Below are positions 41,776 through 55,629 of a stretch of 64,000 nt of DNA, piece after piece (the stretch's first letter is position 1; each line of letters opens with the position of its first letter). A model generated the notes under the pieces. That model was given only the letters and a program-made list of their open reading frames with translations, was not told where the DNA came from and did no database searches. The translations under genes were made by a program, and so were the position numbers. Source of the DNA: Antedon mediterranea (taxonomy: Eukaryota; Animalia; Echinodermata); the NCBI RefSeq assembly GCF_964355755.1, contig NC_092674.1, positions 10,106,001 to 10,170,000 of the forward strand. The letters run 5' to 3'.

Positions 41776-42380
41776 CACATTGACTGCCAAGGCATTTTCC
41801 GTAATTTCTGTCCCAGTGCCAAGTCCCGTTTACATATTAAATTACAGTTTGAAAGTGTAACATCTGGTCACAGACTATCATGATGTCATTCAAAATACGA
41901 TGGCGGGAAAAACCGTTGAGACGTATAAATACGTCACTGGCAATGGTCCAACAATTTTATTGACTTTGCCAGGAACGTAAATATACGTCGGGGATTTTCC
42001 GCGCTAAAATCGGTCAAACCTATCATCGAGAGATAAAAACAGTAAACCACACTGAATCATTTCATCCTTTATTATTTTTATTTACTATTAGCGCAATTTA
42101 TGACATGTTTGAGATGATTATATTGAGTGTGAGGGCGCCATCGTATCAACCATATTCAATGCATGAGGGAATAAACACAAACAAACATATGACATTTATT
42201 TTTAGATTATCGTTTACGTACATCATTCATAAACTGCCATGCGATAATTCCTGTTCCAATCACCACTGCCAGCGATTCTACATACAATACAAAAGTGCTA
42301 CGATTTTGACGTAGTATTACGTCTTGGCAAGTAGCGACACGCAATTTTTGACGTATAAATACGCCGTGGCAGTGAACGTG
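41776..42380. mobile_element. piggyBac-like MITE
   Basis: TTAA TSD on both sides; imperfect TIR CACATTGACTGCCA / TGGCAGTGAACGTG; repeated GACGTATAAATACG motifs. Confidence 0.75.
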
Positions 42381-42473
42381 TTAAACGATTGAAACAAATT
42401 ACTGAGAATAATTTGAGATAAAGCTTATCAATATAATTGCCTTTGTAACTGGAATTTATTCTCTGATTTCTAG

Positions 42474-42698
42474 GGAGTAAACTTTAATCCAAGTGCTGAC
42501 AAAACATCATTGTTAGATGCCCTGTCATTGTCAACTGCTGGCAGCGTGACACACAGACGAGAAAGACGGAAAAGCCTCAACCCACGCGAACCACAGGTTC
42601 CGCAAGTTGTAATGGGCTGTATCCGACATCTGGAAAAATATGGAATGAGAACAGTTGGGATATTTCGAGTTGGAGCATCCAAGAAACGAACAAGACAG
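42474..42698 (+). CDS. ARHGAP6: ARHGAP6-like shared exon 4, start of the RhoGAP domain with the arginine finger (VGIFRVGASKKR)
   Basis: QVPQVVMGCIRHLEKYGMRTVGIFRV motif; AG/GT boundaries, 225 nt, phase 0 to 0. Confidence 0.95.
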
Positions 42699-43497
42699 GT
42701 ATTATATCTTTTTATCAAATTAAATTTGGTGGGTTGCATTGTAGGAAAAACTGCAGCATATTTTCAATTGTAAACAATTAAGGAATTTTACATTACAAGT
42801 TAAACAATCATGTACACTTATATTGAATATTGAAATTTATACCACATGTCTACTATAAGCAAAGCATTATAAATTTTGTCTGAATCTCAAAGCCAATGCA
42901 AAAGAACTATCAAAAGCTTTCAGGAAATATTGTAATCATTTATAATTAAATATGAATGATTTATAGTCCATACAGATTTTTAAATTATCATCCCCTTTAA
43001 AAATGTTGGCATAATTGCATTTCTGTGATTTAATGTCTATGAAATAATGTGACAATATTTTAAGAGATGGGTTTTGTAGTGACGTAGCTTGCTGTCGTCT
43101 TCAGAAAATGATAAACTAGTTATGATACGATCGTTCACCTTTCTCCTCTTCTGTCTGCCAGTTGGATATTAGGATTACTAAGTTAAGAGCAAGCTGTATT
43201 CATATGAAGTGCCATTCATATTCTTTTCATAATGATACCAGTATAATCTTTATCACGATAAGAAAAAGTCATTTTTTAAATGACAAACTTGCAGAGCCTA
43301 AAAATTCGCAGACAACAGTCCTCTACAGTAGTTCAGTACATACATAAATACTATATTTGTTTTTATCAGCAAGGTTCAGACAACAAGAGGCGAAACAAAC
43401 CACAGACACTGGTTCGGTGCAAAGATACAAACATTTTAATATCAATTAAGAGGAGTATATCTATCTCAAGAATTCAACTTTTCCAATACGACAAATA

Positions 43498-46400
43498 TAA
43501 TAATAATAATAACAGGATTTTTATAGCGCACATACAACTCAAGAGTGCTCAAGGCGCATTAAAAAAAATAAAACAAATCATACAAATGCCCAACAAATAA
43601 AATGCAATTTCTTTGGAGGGTCCCCATCCGTTCTCGTTCTGTCGCGGTCCCGGACCCCTACCTAGGTGACCAAACAAAGGAACAGGATACACATTTGCCT
43701 TGCCACAGACGACCAGGTGCTCAGAGACAACAACCAAGACAGAGGCACCCCCAAAGATAATGCTGGTCAGGAAAAAGTATACTATACAATTCTAGAACTT
43801 TAAAGGGGGATTCTGGGTTTAAAATTGCTTTTAAATATCGTTTATTTATTAAATAAAAAATATTATAACAATATAGACATGTCAGAATGAAGAAGTAATA
43901 ACGAGAAATTAAAAAAATTAAATTTCATATACATTTTAGGGTAAATTCATGGAAAGTCTGTTTTTCAGCAGCTTAGGGAAGCTCATTAATATTCATGAGA
44001 TATTCACAAAATCACGTCATCAGTGGATTCCAAACTCGCGACGTCAAGCTTGTACGTTGTGTTCTCTCTCCTCTGTCAAACGACGACCACCCGATCATTG
44101 TGAAATACATTTTTTGTAGATTTGCTAAGAAGCTAGGCCTAAAGTGTAATAATAACAGTAGCATATATTTATTTGACATTTAATGAAATACAAAATTTAG
44201 TACAGATTACGGAGTCATAAATTATACTATTTTTATACCTCGAATTAATAGTAACAGATCGTATATCGGCTTCACGTACTAGGCTAGGCCTAGACTAAAT
44301 CATTTTATTCATGCCGGGGTGAGAGCCATTTCTGACTAGGGATTCCATGCCACGATGGCCATCATTCATGGGCCTAGCTAGCCTATTACTAAACTATTGG
44401 CCCATAAATAACAAAACTCAGTGGATTCCAAACCCATCCTATCAACCAAACTCCTAAACAATCTAAACCTAAAACGTTCTACAAAAATCGGCTGTAAATA
44501 TTGAGGCAAAACAAGGTCCGATCGCCGTCCGCACGTATGGTCTAATAAGTAGGCCTAGTTTACTCTCCAAAAAATCGTATACTGCATCAAGCAAGTAGAC
44601 CGGTAGTAGGAAGGAGACCTAGCCTAGCCTAGCCGATCCGGCCCAGTTAAAAATTGAGCTAGCTAGTGTAGTAGTAGACCCTATGCGAATTGATACTACC
44701 AGGCCTTTTACTATAGGCTACACTTGTTAAAATTAGCAATACTGTACTTATGTTTACAAATATTCCAACTCTCTCATTCGAGCTATATTATCTATACCAT
44801 TCCGGTAGGTTGAGTCGACCTTCAATCAAATACTGTACATCGTTCATGTTGTGATATAGACGGGGTATACTCGACCCGACCAGTTTGGTATTGTATACTG
44901 TATCTGCTTATCACGTGACGATGCCAGGCATGGGCAGAGAGAGCACGTGTATCGTCGTCTCGCTCTCCTCGCTCAGCAGGAATGTATACGTTACGCTTCA
45001 TTGATTTTGAAGGCTTTCCCTAAGTCAGTGCGAAAATCGGCAAACGTAAAGTGCAAACTTATCTAATTTTTCACTGTTTTGATGGATTTTCATAGAAAAT
45101 TGATTTTATAAATGGGAAGACCGACTAAAATTACATCAGATAAGTATAATTTTACAAAAGTAATTGATATGGTTATTGATAACGAGTCGTCGGAAGATTG
45201 ACCATTTCACGAATTTCGTATTCTGTAACCACAGTGTGATTTTGCCGTAGCTGCACTTGTAATCTGGCCTCATTTCACAGCCTTCGTTCTGCTTCACTGG
45301 GCGCTTATATAAATTGAAACTTTTACCGTTCAAGAGACAAACAAATATATTTTACATTTTTTACTATTCATTTTAAACCCGGAACCCCCCTTTAAGAAAC
45401 CTCATGATTTCCATATGCCTTAATGAATAAATGTGTTTTTAATAATTTTTTAAAAGTATCAACAGTTTTGCAAAATCTGATAGAGCTCGGTAGAGCATTC
45501 CATAGACGAGGAGCAGTAACGGTGAAAGCTCTGTCTCCCCATGAGTGGTGAGACTTAGGTTGATGTAGAAGCAGCGTATCACTAGAACGCAGATTCCGTC
45601 TGGGAACATACAGCCTATAGGCTGTCAGAAATATATTCAGGAGCCATGCCATTAATAGACTTAAAAACAAAGAGTAATATTTTAAAAACAATGCGGTACC
45701 TAACAGGAAGCCAATGCAAAGTTTCCAAGGTATTTGATATGTGTGCATATCTTGGTAGTTTTTTAACAACTCGTGCCGCTGTATTTTGAATCAGCTGAAG
45801 CCTGTGGAGTTGTTTTTGTGGTAGCCCATATAGCAATGAGTTTCCCATATCCAGTCGTGAAGTGACAAAAGCATGAACAAGTTGTTTAGCTGCTGCCTCA
45901 TTAATAAACTTTCGAACCCTTCGGATGTTTCGTAAGTGAAAAGACGACGTAGAAATAGTTTTTGAGATATGAGAAATCATAGTCATACCCGCATCCATTT
46001 CAACCCCTAGATTTCTAACCTGCCTAGCCGGGTCTATTTGGGTTTCACCAATGTAAATAAAACTTGGTGGCAGTTTTTCCAACTGCAGCTTTGATCCAAA
46101 GAGAATATATTCTGTTTTTTCATCATTTAATTTAAGAAAGTTGTTTTTCATCCAGACACGCAATTCATGGATACAATGTTGGAGCAGTTCCAAAGAAATG
46201 TCAATGTGTGTCATTGTAGGTTTAAAAGAAATATAAATCTGAGTATCATCAGCGTAAACATGATAGTACAGATTTTTACTAATGATATCCCGTATTGGGT
46301 GTAAATAAATTGTGAACCATTGCGGCCCAAGAACAGATCCTTGTGGTACCGAAAAGTTTAAAAAAGAAGCTTTTGAGATAGCATCACCAATACATACGTG

Positions 46401-47670
46401 TTGAGGCCTTTTTTCCAAATATGACCGACACCAATCAAGTGCATTTCCTTCAATACCAATATACGTACTGAGTCTATTTAACAACACAGAATGATCAACC
46501 GTATCAAATGCTGCACTTAAGTCTAATAATACTAGAGCAGTTAGCTTTCCATCATCCATCCCACGTAGGATATCGTTATTTACACGAAGTAATGCAGTTT
46601 CAGTACTATGATGCACTTTATAGGCAGATTGATACGGATCAAGTAGACTATGGTTTTGTACATGCGACAATATCCGTTTAGAAACAAACTTCTCAATTAT
46701 TTTTCCTAAAAACTAAGATTCGAGATAGGTCTGTAGTTTTTCAGAATCTCGGGATCTAGACCTAATTTTTTCAATGTGGGTCGAACATGAGTGACTTTAA
46801 GAGACTCTGGGAAACAACCACTTTCAAGAGACTTATTTACAATATGTGTGATTAATGGAATAAATGCAGAAGTACATTTCTTTATCAGTAAAGTTGGTAC
46901 CGGGTCAAGTGCACACGATTTTGAGGGAGAATTTTTTACAATATTTAGAATTTCCTCCTCACTTGCAGGTTCAAACTGAGAAAGCTGTATGGACCTAGTT
47001 AAATCATAAGATTTATTTATATTTATACATTTATCAGAAGCAGTTGTAACTTCTGCAGTATTTTCATTTTCTAGTGAATCACGAATTGATTTAATTTTAT
47101 TTATAAAAAATACAGAAAATCTTTCAGCAAGAGCTTCATCTGAGACAGACGAAGGAAGGACTGATGACTTGGAACGATGTAAAAGTTTATTTACTAAATC
47201 AAAAAGTTTCTTTTGATCACCTGTGCAGTCACTAACCAGACTAGAGTAATACCGCGTCTTGGCCTTTTCAATCAGTCCATTTACAATACATCTTTGTCAT
47301 AGTATTCCTGTCTATCCTTAAGAAGCTTTGATTTCATCCACTTACGTTCAAGTTGACGACGTAATTTCCTTTCAGATCGAATTTCATCTGTATACCACGG
47401 TTTAGCTTCCTTTTGCCTAATTGTTTTTTTCTGAACTGGCGCATGTAAATCAAGTACAGCTCTGAGATGAGAATAGTTTTCTACACTATCTTCAAGAATC
47501 ACACTTACATCGGTTATATTAGACACACACGCTTGAATGTCATTTTGGAATTTCTCAATATCAATTTGTTTTAGGTTGCGACTTTTCCTTACAGTTTTAC
47601 GGGTTGTGGGCCGTTTAAGATCAAACTTGCAAAATATGGCAAAATGATCTGACAGGCCAGGATGTATTTC
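43498..47670 (-). mobile_element. 5'-truncated, frameshifted L2-clade LINE (end of APE domain, RT, 3' UTR), interrupted by a DNA transposon
   Basis: RT motifs LLDLSAAFDTVDH, VPQGSVLGP, YADDTQIY; C-terminal LHWLPV...LKTHLF; APE end GLSDHFAI near 47650; (TTA)n tail at 43498-43512; ORF2 split across frames. Confidence 0.93.
43804..45391. mobile_element. Kolobok-like non-autonomous DNA transposon nested in the LINE
   Basis: TTAA TSD (43800-43803, 45392-45395); TIR AGGGGGATTCTGGGTTTAAAAT / ATTTTAAACCCGGAACCCCCCT. Confidence 0.82.
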
Positions 47671-50410
47671 AGTGTATTATATTGCTACATACCATTTTAA
47701 TTTCTTTTTTACTGTGTAACAGACACTGCTGTTTATGTTTCTTTTCTTATTCTGACGAACTTGTCAATCTTTTCAGTTTCTTCTAGTAAACTAGTTTTTC
47801 AACAGCATTTAGTATAATTGTTTTAGTACAGTTTATAAATGATTAATATTCTTTCACACATATGTAATTTTGTCTATCAGAAATATGCATAATTAATATT
47901 TTATAAAGTGTGAATGTTCATCACACATCACAAATTCTTTAATAGCAAACATAGGCTGATCGCCAAGAAGAAGCTGAACTAAAATTAAAAGGGATTGTGA
48001 AACATGTACAGTAGTATTCCAATTTATTCAAAATCAACAAAACTACAGAAAGGAAATGTTATAAAGTAGACCCTGGGATACCACAATTAAGGGGACACTT
48101 TGTTGCAACTGGATCTACCATAAAAGCAGATAAACTACTGTACTTGGAAACAATTGTAGAGAAAGAAGTTTAGTATAATAGTTTATTATTTATCTAATTA
48201 TCTAGTTTTTTAGCTTAAAGAGTCTCAATGTAAGTGCTGAAGAAGAATCAAATAAAAGTCAGAGGAAACTTCCTCTTAAAAATAATTAATAGATCTTTTT
48301 CATGTGAACTTATAAACCATGTTTCAGCGAATTAAAGATTGATATTAATAATAATTGACCTTTTTCAGTGTGTATTTGGCATTTTAGAATGTCCATGACA
48401 TTAAAGTGCATTTTAGAAGTCACTTTTTATTATTTCAAAAGGCAAATAACTACATATTTTGACCTTATGCCATTTTAATACTCAGTTCAATTTCTTTTCC
48501 CTTCCTTAGTTAATTATTAAGCCTCTATGTATAATGTGTACAGTGCCAGTAATACATTGATATAAACTTGTAAATGTTGCTTGGTATTTAAAGGGTAAAG
48601 AGTTTAGAATTTGTAATGTTTAATATAAATAAAATCAATGTGGAAACAAGGGTACAGTAAGTGGAAAACTCTTCAACCTCCCTACGTTGGCAAAAAAAAA
48701 TCAGAAAAAAGTTCCATGAAAAGATATAACTTCAAAAAAGCTTCTTGACTATTAAATGGAAGAAACCTTCTAATACCAAACTGGTCTCAGAAATGCAGTA
48801 CAGAACAATAAAAACCAGGCCAATTCTCTATGCTAAAATTAAGTTGATGATGGAATGATAACAAATATGCTCATTTTGATTTGTTAAGTAAAGAAATATT
48901 AAAATAAATAGTACACAAAAACAGCAAAATGTACACAACAGAGGGTGAGCTATTAAATTTTAATGAGCTTATAACATTTAACAAATATACTGATTATATT
49001 TGATAAAAGCTACATTATGATAACTTTCAATTGTTGCAAGCAAAATAATTATGGCATTTTGCAAACAAACCACGTGTGGAATTATTAAACATTTAGAGAA
49101 ATCATTTTCAAAACCACTATGTGAAAATCAAAATGTTATTGATTAATTATTTACACATAAAGCTATATGCTGCTACAGGAAATTGCAATTTGGTGGGATA
49201 TATGAATTATACATGAAATGAGATACATTACAATTTTAGTACTGTACTGTATTAAAGATTAAATTTACATTATATATGTATGCATCAGTAATTCAATCTT
49301 AATTTTGATTAAAATTTAGTTGAGGTAACAGAAAATGTGTTGATTTTCTTTAATTATTTTTGTTGAATGTGTTCAAATACAGCAAGATTTGTGAAATCTT
49401 TTCCAGGTATACATTTCTGAGTAGAACTTACTTGCTTGTGAGACAGGTTTCAATGCTTCAAACTTTAATCATCTTGTAGTGTGCCATCAATTGGTTGTAC
49501 CACCAGACTATCAGACCAACTTTTTACCACCGTGTATACTTTTCTTTATGTGTTTGTTTTCTGGAAAATAAATGAATGAATATAAATAGTTGGTGACAGT
49601 TCAAATGTTCTGTACATGATTTTGTCTTTTTCAAGACTCTTATTTGTCTCTTGAAGTTTTGTTTCCTTGCCTAATATAACAATGATTTAATCCATGATAT
49701 GTTGAATTAAATCTATTCGTCCGTTTAATTTATGTGTGGATCTTTAAATCTTGGTTAAAACATGGAAGAATTATTGTATTTTCCAACTATCTTTCTTGGG
49801 TAAAATTAGATATAGAAGATAAGGTATACCATAGCATACCTTGTAGAAATGTCTTTCTCATGGAGAATTTTATTTCATTAAGTTTCAAGACAACGGCAAA
49901 GTAAATATTACAGTTAATAGAAAATGATCAATAACATTAGGAAGAGGAAAAAGATAAGGAAAGACAAGTTGCTTCATAATCAAGGTTTCCTGAGAGGAAA
50001 GATCAATGATAAAGGAAGTCAATAGGAAGAAAGAGAATGATGGATGACATTAGAATGTTGGCTAGGAAGAATCTTTCATAATCATTTACTATTAGACGAG
50101 TCCTGAATGAATTGGAAATGAACTCCTGACAATAAATTAATTAACGAGAGGAAAGATCAAAAGTAAAGAAACCAAAATGAATGAAGATATTGATGGGTTG
50201 AGAGATCGATTGGATGGGAAATCACTTATCTTTTATTTTATGTTTTATTTTCTGAAAAGCATGAGCTTATTGTTAACATGCAATTCATGCTTCTATTTCA
50301 GTTTAATTAATATAAAGTGTGATTATAGGTAGAAAAATAAAATCTCCAAAAGCTTTTTAAAAGAAAACCAATCACATATTTTTTTCTAATTAGTTCTTTT
50401 CCATTCACAG

Positions 50411-50561
50411 CTCAGAGAGAAATTTGACAGTGGAACAGAAGTGTGGTTAAATGAGTCTCATTCCCCACATGATGTTGGCGCCCTCCTGAAGGAGTATTTC
50501 CGTGACCTTCCTGAACCTCTTTTGACAAGAGACCTTTACACTCCTTTTGTTGCTGCAGGAA
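50411..50561 (+). CDS. ARHGAP6: ARHGAP6-like shared exon 5 (LREKFD...[20 protein letters not shown])
   Basis: Core RhoGAP motif; CAG acceptor, GTAAGT donor; phase 0 to 1. Confidence 0.96.
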
Positions 50562-50862
50562 GTAAGTTTTTTTTATCAACTTTATTTAAAACAAACGTAG
50601 TTTCAACATAAAATAAAGTAAGAACGATGGGTTCAATCTTCCTTGTTTATAAGTCTATCAAAACCTGTAAAAGAAATGCTTGCTTTCTTTTTACTTGGCA
50701 AGGCAACAGAAAACAATATTATGTTTGCATGAAAATAATTATAATTTTAATATTCAATTTTTTTTCAATATTAATCCAGATAATAGTTATTTTGGTACAA
50801 AATCTAAAGAATCTAGAATTAAATGTATGTACATAATCATTTGCTTTTAATTTCTACTGTAG

Positions 50863-51014
50863 GAGTTTGTGATAGAGAAAAGCAATTGCAGATTCTACAG
50901 TGGTTAGTTTACTTGTTGCCAACAGCCAACCGAGACACTTTGTATGCTCTGTTAAAGTTCCTTAGAAAAGTTGCAGACAATGCTGAAGATATTGTTGATG
51001 AAACTGGAGAAGAG
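50863..51014 (+). CDS. ARHGAP6: ARHGAP6-like shared exon 6 (...LLPTANRDTLYALLKFLRKVA...)
   Basis: RhoGAP LPxxN motif; phase 1 to 0. Confidence 0.95.
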
Positions 51015-51292
51015 GTATTAACCTAAATGTACATGTACTACAACATCATTAAAAGAACAAAGTCTTCTTATGAGGTCCTCATTTTTTTCCATCTCTTTAA
51101 AATGCAATTTGAAAACAAGACATTTTGGAAAACACAGATTTAGAAGTTCTATCGGACTACTTAAAATCTTCTCCAAGCCTTATTACACCTTCAATTCGGT
51201 ACCCCATAGATCATCACCACAACAAAATTGATTACTACCTACAGGACTGTATTAAGTTAATCATTATTATGCATTTTGCACTATGTTCATAG

Positions 51293-51469
51293 ATTCTTGG
51301 CAACAAGATGGATGTCCAAAATCTTGGTACATTATTTGGACCAAACATCCTTCGAAAAACCAAAGCAGGTCAAGAAGTGCATGGAGAGGCATTAGAACAA
51401 ATGGAAGAAAGTCGGGAAGTCATTGTAACAGTAACAGTATTGGTTGACCATCATGAGGATATTTTTATG
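51293..51469 (+). CDS. ARHGAP6: ARHGAP6-like shared exon 7 (ILGNKMDVQNLGTLFGPNIL...DIFM), GC donor
   Basis: NKM...NL...FGPNIL RhoGAP motif; ATG|GCAAGT donor joins in frame to VP of the next exon. Confidence 0.92.
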
Positions 51470-52408
51470 GCAAGTTTTTTTTATACTTTTTATAGAAAAA
51501 TATAAAGTGGACAGAAATGTTTTTCTTTTTAAATGGGTTCAGAAAATCCATACAGGTAGTGCACATTTAAAAATGTATTTACTTTACAGAATGCATATGC
51601 ATTCATCCTTTTTATAAGCCTTGAAATTTACCTTTTGAAAAGTTTAAGTTATAAAAATATATTTTAGCAAGATATAAAACATGTTCATTTTTACATTACT
51701 GTATTTGAAAAATGAGTTCTCTTTTTTTTCTTTCTACATTACAGTATCAGTAAATAAGTACATAATGTATAAAATATTCTAAATAAATCGATTTGCAATA
51801 AAATCATTCTTTATACACAAGGTGCAAGCACATCAAAATTCTGAATAATTAAATGTGTAATCAACCATTTCTAATGGCAGAAATCAAATGTTGGCAAAAA
51901 AAATTGTTATTTAAAAAAAAATAGATATTTATTACAAATTTTGATTATAAATCATTATAGATAATGTACATATAAAAAAGGTCAGGAAAAAAAGTGTAAA
52001 AACAAATTATTATTTATTATAGCTGCATATAAATCAGATCATACAATTATAAAAATCAAGAAACACACACACACTTCACTTGATTACCGAAAATATTGCT
52101 GTTATGCTATGCTCTATACTAAAAATTGTAAACTCATTTTTATAATGAAATCTAAAGTATTTGCAATAAACTAGAAGTCAATGGGGTTTTGGTTGAACAT
52201 AACCATTTATTTTGCCTTTTAATAAGTGAAACATTATTTTTTTCAAATATTTTTTTCTAGAAAGTGATTAAAACTGTGAAATGGTCTATGCAATGTTTTT
52301 TTTATTAATGTTCATTTTTCATGTTTTTTAAGGCAGTACAAAATGAAACTATTGTTTTTCCTAAATGTTGATGTTCTTTCATAGAGCCTATTATGGCATA
52401 TTAAAGTT

Positions 52409-52770
52409 GATAAGATAAGATAAGATAAGATAAGATAAGATAACTTTTATTGATCCTCAAAAAGGAAATTCATTGCTCGTCATAATAACAAAGAAAACAC
52501 TATAAAAACAAATATAGCATAAAACCATTCATATAAAAACATCTAAAAAATTACAATATAAAATTATCTTCTTGACTTCCTGTTGTACTGGATGATACCG
52601 GAGGGAATAAAGGATTTAGCAAATCGATTTGTTTTCACACTGAGGAACCTCAATCTACCACTTGGATTAAGTTGGTCTATGATCACTTTGTGGAGAGGAT
52701 GAGAGGCATCCGACTCAATGCGTTCGAAATCTTTCTGATAGAAGTTTACACATGCATTCCCGAGTAGTCT
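52409..52770 (-). mobile_element. 3' fragment of a Rex1/Babar-like LINE with (TCTTA)n tail
   Basis: Minus-strand peptide DASHPLHK...PSGRLRFLSVKTNRFAKSFIPSGI; (GATAA)n run at 52409-52444. Confidence 0.65.
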
Positions 52771-52887
52771 TTAATTTTGTGTTAGTCATGTTTTTACAGA
52801 ACGCATATGTGATTTATAGAATGTTATTTTAAAAATACTGCATTTATAGACTTTGTAACTTAAAATGAATTTGTTCTTATTTTATAG

Positions 52888-54033
52888 GTTCCTGCTAGTT
52901 TATTAGATGAAGTGCTAAATAACATCTTAGAGACCGAACCAGATGCACTGGACTATCTTCTAAACCGCAAAGCATCTTGCGTTACTTCTAAAGAATCAAC
53001 CGATTTAGAATCAACTAGTACCGGTAGTCTAAATGATGACAATGAACTATCAACATCGTTAGCATCTTCCACAGAACTTGATCCATTTCAGACACGGTTT
53101 CCATCACATGCACGATCATCAAACAGTTTATCAGGAAAGATTGTAGAAGATCCAGAGGAATTATCATATGCTGGTCCGTATCCAATTTATAAATCGTCCG
53201 AAACAAATCAGTGCTCATTAAATAATCAACAACAGTGTGCGCCCCCGAGTAATAGTAGGAGATTTAAGGTTTCACCACAACTAGACAATAAAGGATTAAG
53301 TCGTGGTTCTTCATCGCCGGAATTTGGAATGAAAAATCATAATAACAATGTTTTTGCTGAATCATTAATTAATCGGGAACGTCAAAATCCGGTGACATTG
53401 TCGCCACGGACATCACGTAGGATTAAATATGCTGAGATTAATTCGGGTAATAGTGGTTGCCCGAATATTCAGATGTCTTCAGCGCACAGATCACCCAGTA
53501 TGCAAAGAAGGTATGTTGGTAATATTTCGCAAACGCCTCAAAACGATCAGTTACTTGCTGCACCAACTACGAACACAGAAACAACGCATAACGATAAAAG
53601 CCCTGTTAATCAGATGAAAAGTCCAAAGTTAGTAAGAAGGTCTGCAACAGCAGCCTTTGCAGAAAAGAAACAAAAAGAAGAGAATGCTAGCTTACCAATA
53701 TGGATCCAAAAAGGATCACATGCGGAAGCCTCTATTCAAGATGAGGATCATCAAAAGACAGAATTAAGACTTCGCGTTGGACACAGCACGCCAAGCCTAA
53801 GTAGCTACAAAAGTGTTGATTCTGAACTTTGGTTCACGCCCCCTATATCGCCACTTGATCCCACAGAAATTGTTGATGGAATAATGAAAAATCACCGTCT
53901 TAGTTCTGGAAGTTTTTCGGACTGTGATGAAGACAAGCATAACAAAATAAAAGAAGAAACGCAATGGAAACAGTGGGAAAAGATAGCAGCAGAAAATAGA
54001 GGAGATTTATTAGGACAAGAAACATTAGTTTAA
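52888..54033 (+). CDS. ARHGAP6: ARHGAP6-like terminal exon (VPASLLDEVL...DYLLNRKAS; Ser/Pro-rich tail; ends QETLV*)
   Basis: TTTATAG acceptor; long ORF; LETEPDALDYLLNRKAS and terminal WxxWE...ETLV match recalled ARHGAP6 signatures. Confidence 0.95.
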   Translation, partial: VPASLLDEVLNNILETEPDALDYLLNRKASCVTSKESTDLESTSTGSLNDDNELSTSLASSTELDPFQTRFPSHARSSNSLSGKIVEDPEELSYAGPYPIYKSSETNQCSLNNQQQCAPPSNSRRFKVSPQLDNKGLSRGSSSPEFGMKNHNNNVFAESLINRERQNPVTLSPRTSRRIKYAEINSGNSGCPNIQMSSAHRSPSMQRRYVGNISQTPQNDQLLAAPTTNTETTHNDKSPVNQMKSPKLVRRSATAAFAEKKQKEENASLPIWIQKGSHAEASIQDEDHQKTELRLRVGHSTPSLSSYKSVDSELWFTPPISPLDPTEIVDGIMKNHRLSSGSFSDCDEDKHNKIKEETQWKQWEKIAAENRGDLLGQETLV

Positions 54034-55629
54034 ATAAAAGTTACATTTTCTATGAGCCATGTGATATTAGAGGGAATCTAGACAACATTTTAAGAAGTAC
54101 AGTAAATCTGAACAGTGCAAACGGTATCAGAAAGCATAACATTTCTTTCATGACTTGTTGCAAGTTTTACAATCGCTTCTGGATATCTCGTTTTGTGGCT
54201 TGCATGGACATTTTCAACATTTATAAGATTTGTATACAATGTTTTTGGATTAATAAAATTGCAATGCTTGTTTGCACAAAATCCTTTTACTCTAATGATC
54301 TATGTGGAGAAATACATTTTTTTATATATAAAACAGTTATTTAAAACCAAATTAGTGACAATGTTGTTCAATATGCTTCTATAAAAAGGAAATTATTTTA
54401 ACAAGTAGTATTTAAAGAGATTTTATATTCTATAGATACAGTTTAAAGCTGAGACATCCCATCAAGAGGAAACATTGTTGGAAAAGCAGCCTCTGTTTAG
54501 AGGCATGCTTTATTGTCAGAAAGGTATCCCCTTATAGACTGTAGTAGGAACTGCTTTAGTTTTCTTTTCTTTATGAAAATGTATCGACAACATTTATGAT
54601 AGATTTTAAACTTGTAAATAAGTGAAGTTTTGATTTTTAATACTTTGTATTGTAGATGTATGCAGGGTAAATATTTATTACCTCAGTTTTATTATAGTTT
54701 ATGGTCGAAATGATGACATTATCAAGGCTTTAGGTGGCCTTGAGTCATTTCAAAATTAAGCCTACGTCTTTCTATGATTGTAACTTTCTATGACAATGGT
54801 AAATCCAGGGGTACAGTAGCATGAAAATACTTTCTGACTGGTCCTCACCCTTGAGTAATTATTAAGATCTCATACAATAGGGCCCATGCCGCATTATTTT
54901 TTACCCAGTGTGCTATCAGGCAAAAATCGTGAATAATCGATGACATTAATTGGGATAAATTATAGAGGATGCTATGTACTATAACTTTAAATCTAATCAG
55001 TTATGTTAACTGTTTTCAGCAAACTAGTTCTGCAGGCCAGAGAAATTTGTAGTGCTTAAAATTCTGGATTTGCCATTGCTTCTTAGCTTCAACTATAACC
55101 TGCTTAGAGTTTACAAATGATTAACTTTTTTAAAGATAATTGACAGGTAGATTAAGTGGAAAGAAACGTTTTATCCAAAAATCACTATCATTGAATATTT
55201 TCTAGCTGGACCTATCTTTTCTAGAAATTATTTAAATAACTTTAGACATACAGTAGAATCCTTCCTGGTTGTCACAAAGTAGAAAGTTTCCTTCTACAAA
55301 TATGTTGACAACTCAATCAACATTAACATGTAATTTACTTTTCAGAAATAGATTTTAATTTACAAATATAATGTTATACATTGTACGAGCATTGATTATG
55401 ATCTAAATTGAAAAAAGAAGAAGGTATTTTGAGAATATTGTAATATATAGAATGCTTCACTATATATAAAAATAATATTTATTGTTATATTGTACATTTG
55501 TATGAATATAAATTGTCTCATTTTTCATGGCTGCGTGCATAATAAATAATTGCAATTGAATTAAGATTAATTGTTGATGATGTTTCAGTTATGTTGGAAA
55601 AACTATGTTATTGTATTTTTTTTTAGCGC

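Noticed and set aside
45615-46670. Active or domesticated reverse transcriptase gene
   Set aside because: Part of a 5'-truncated LINE ORF2 broken by frameshifts on both sides
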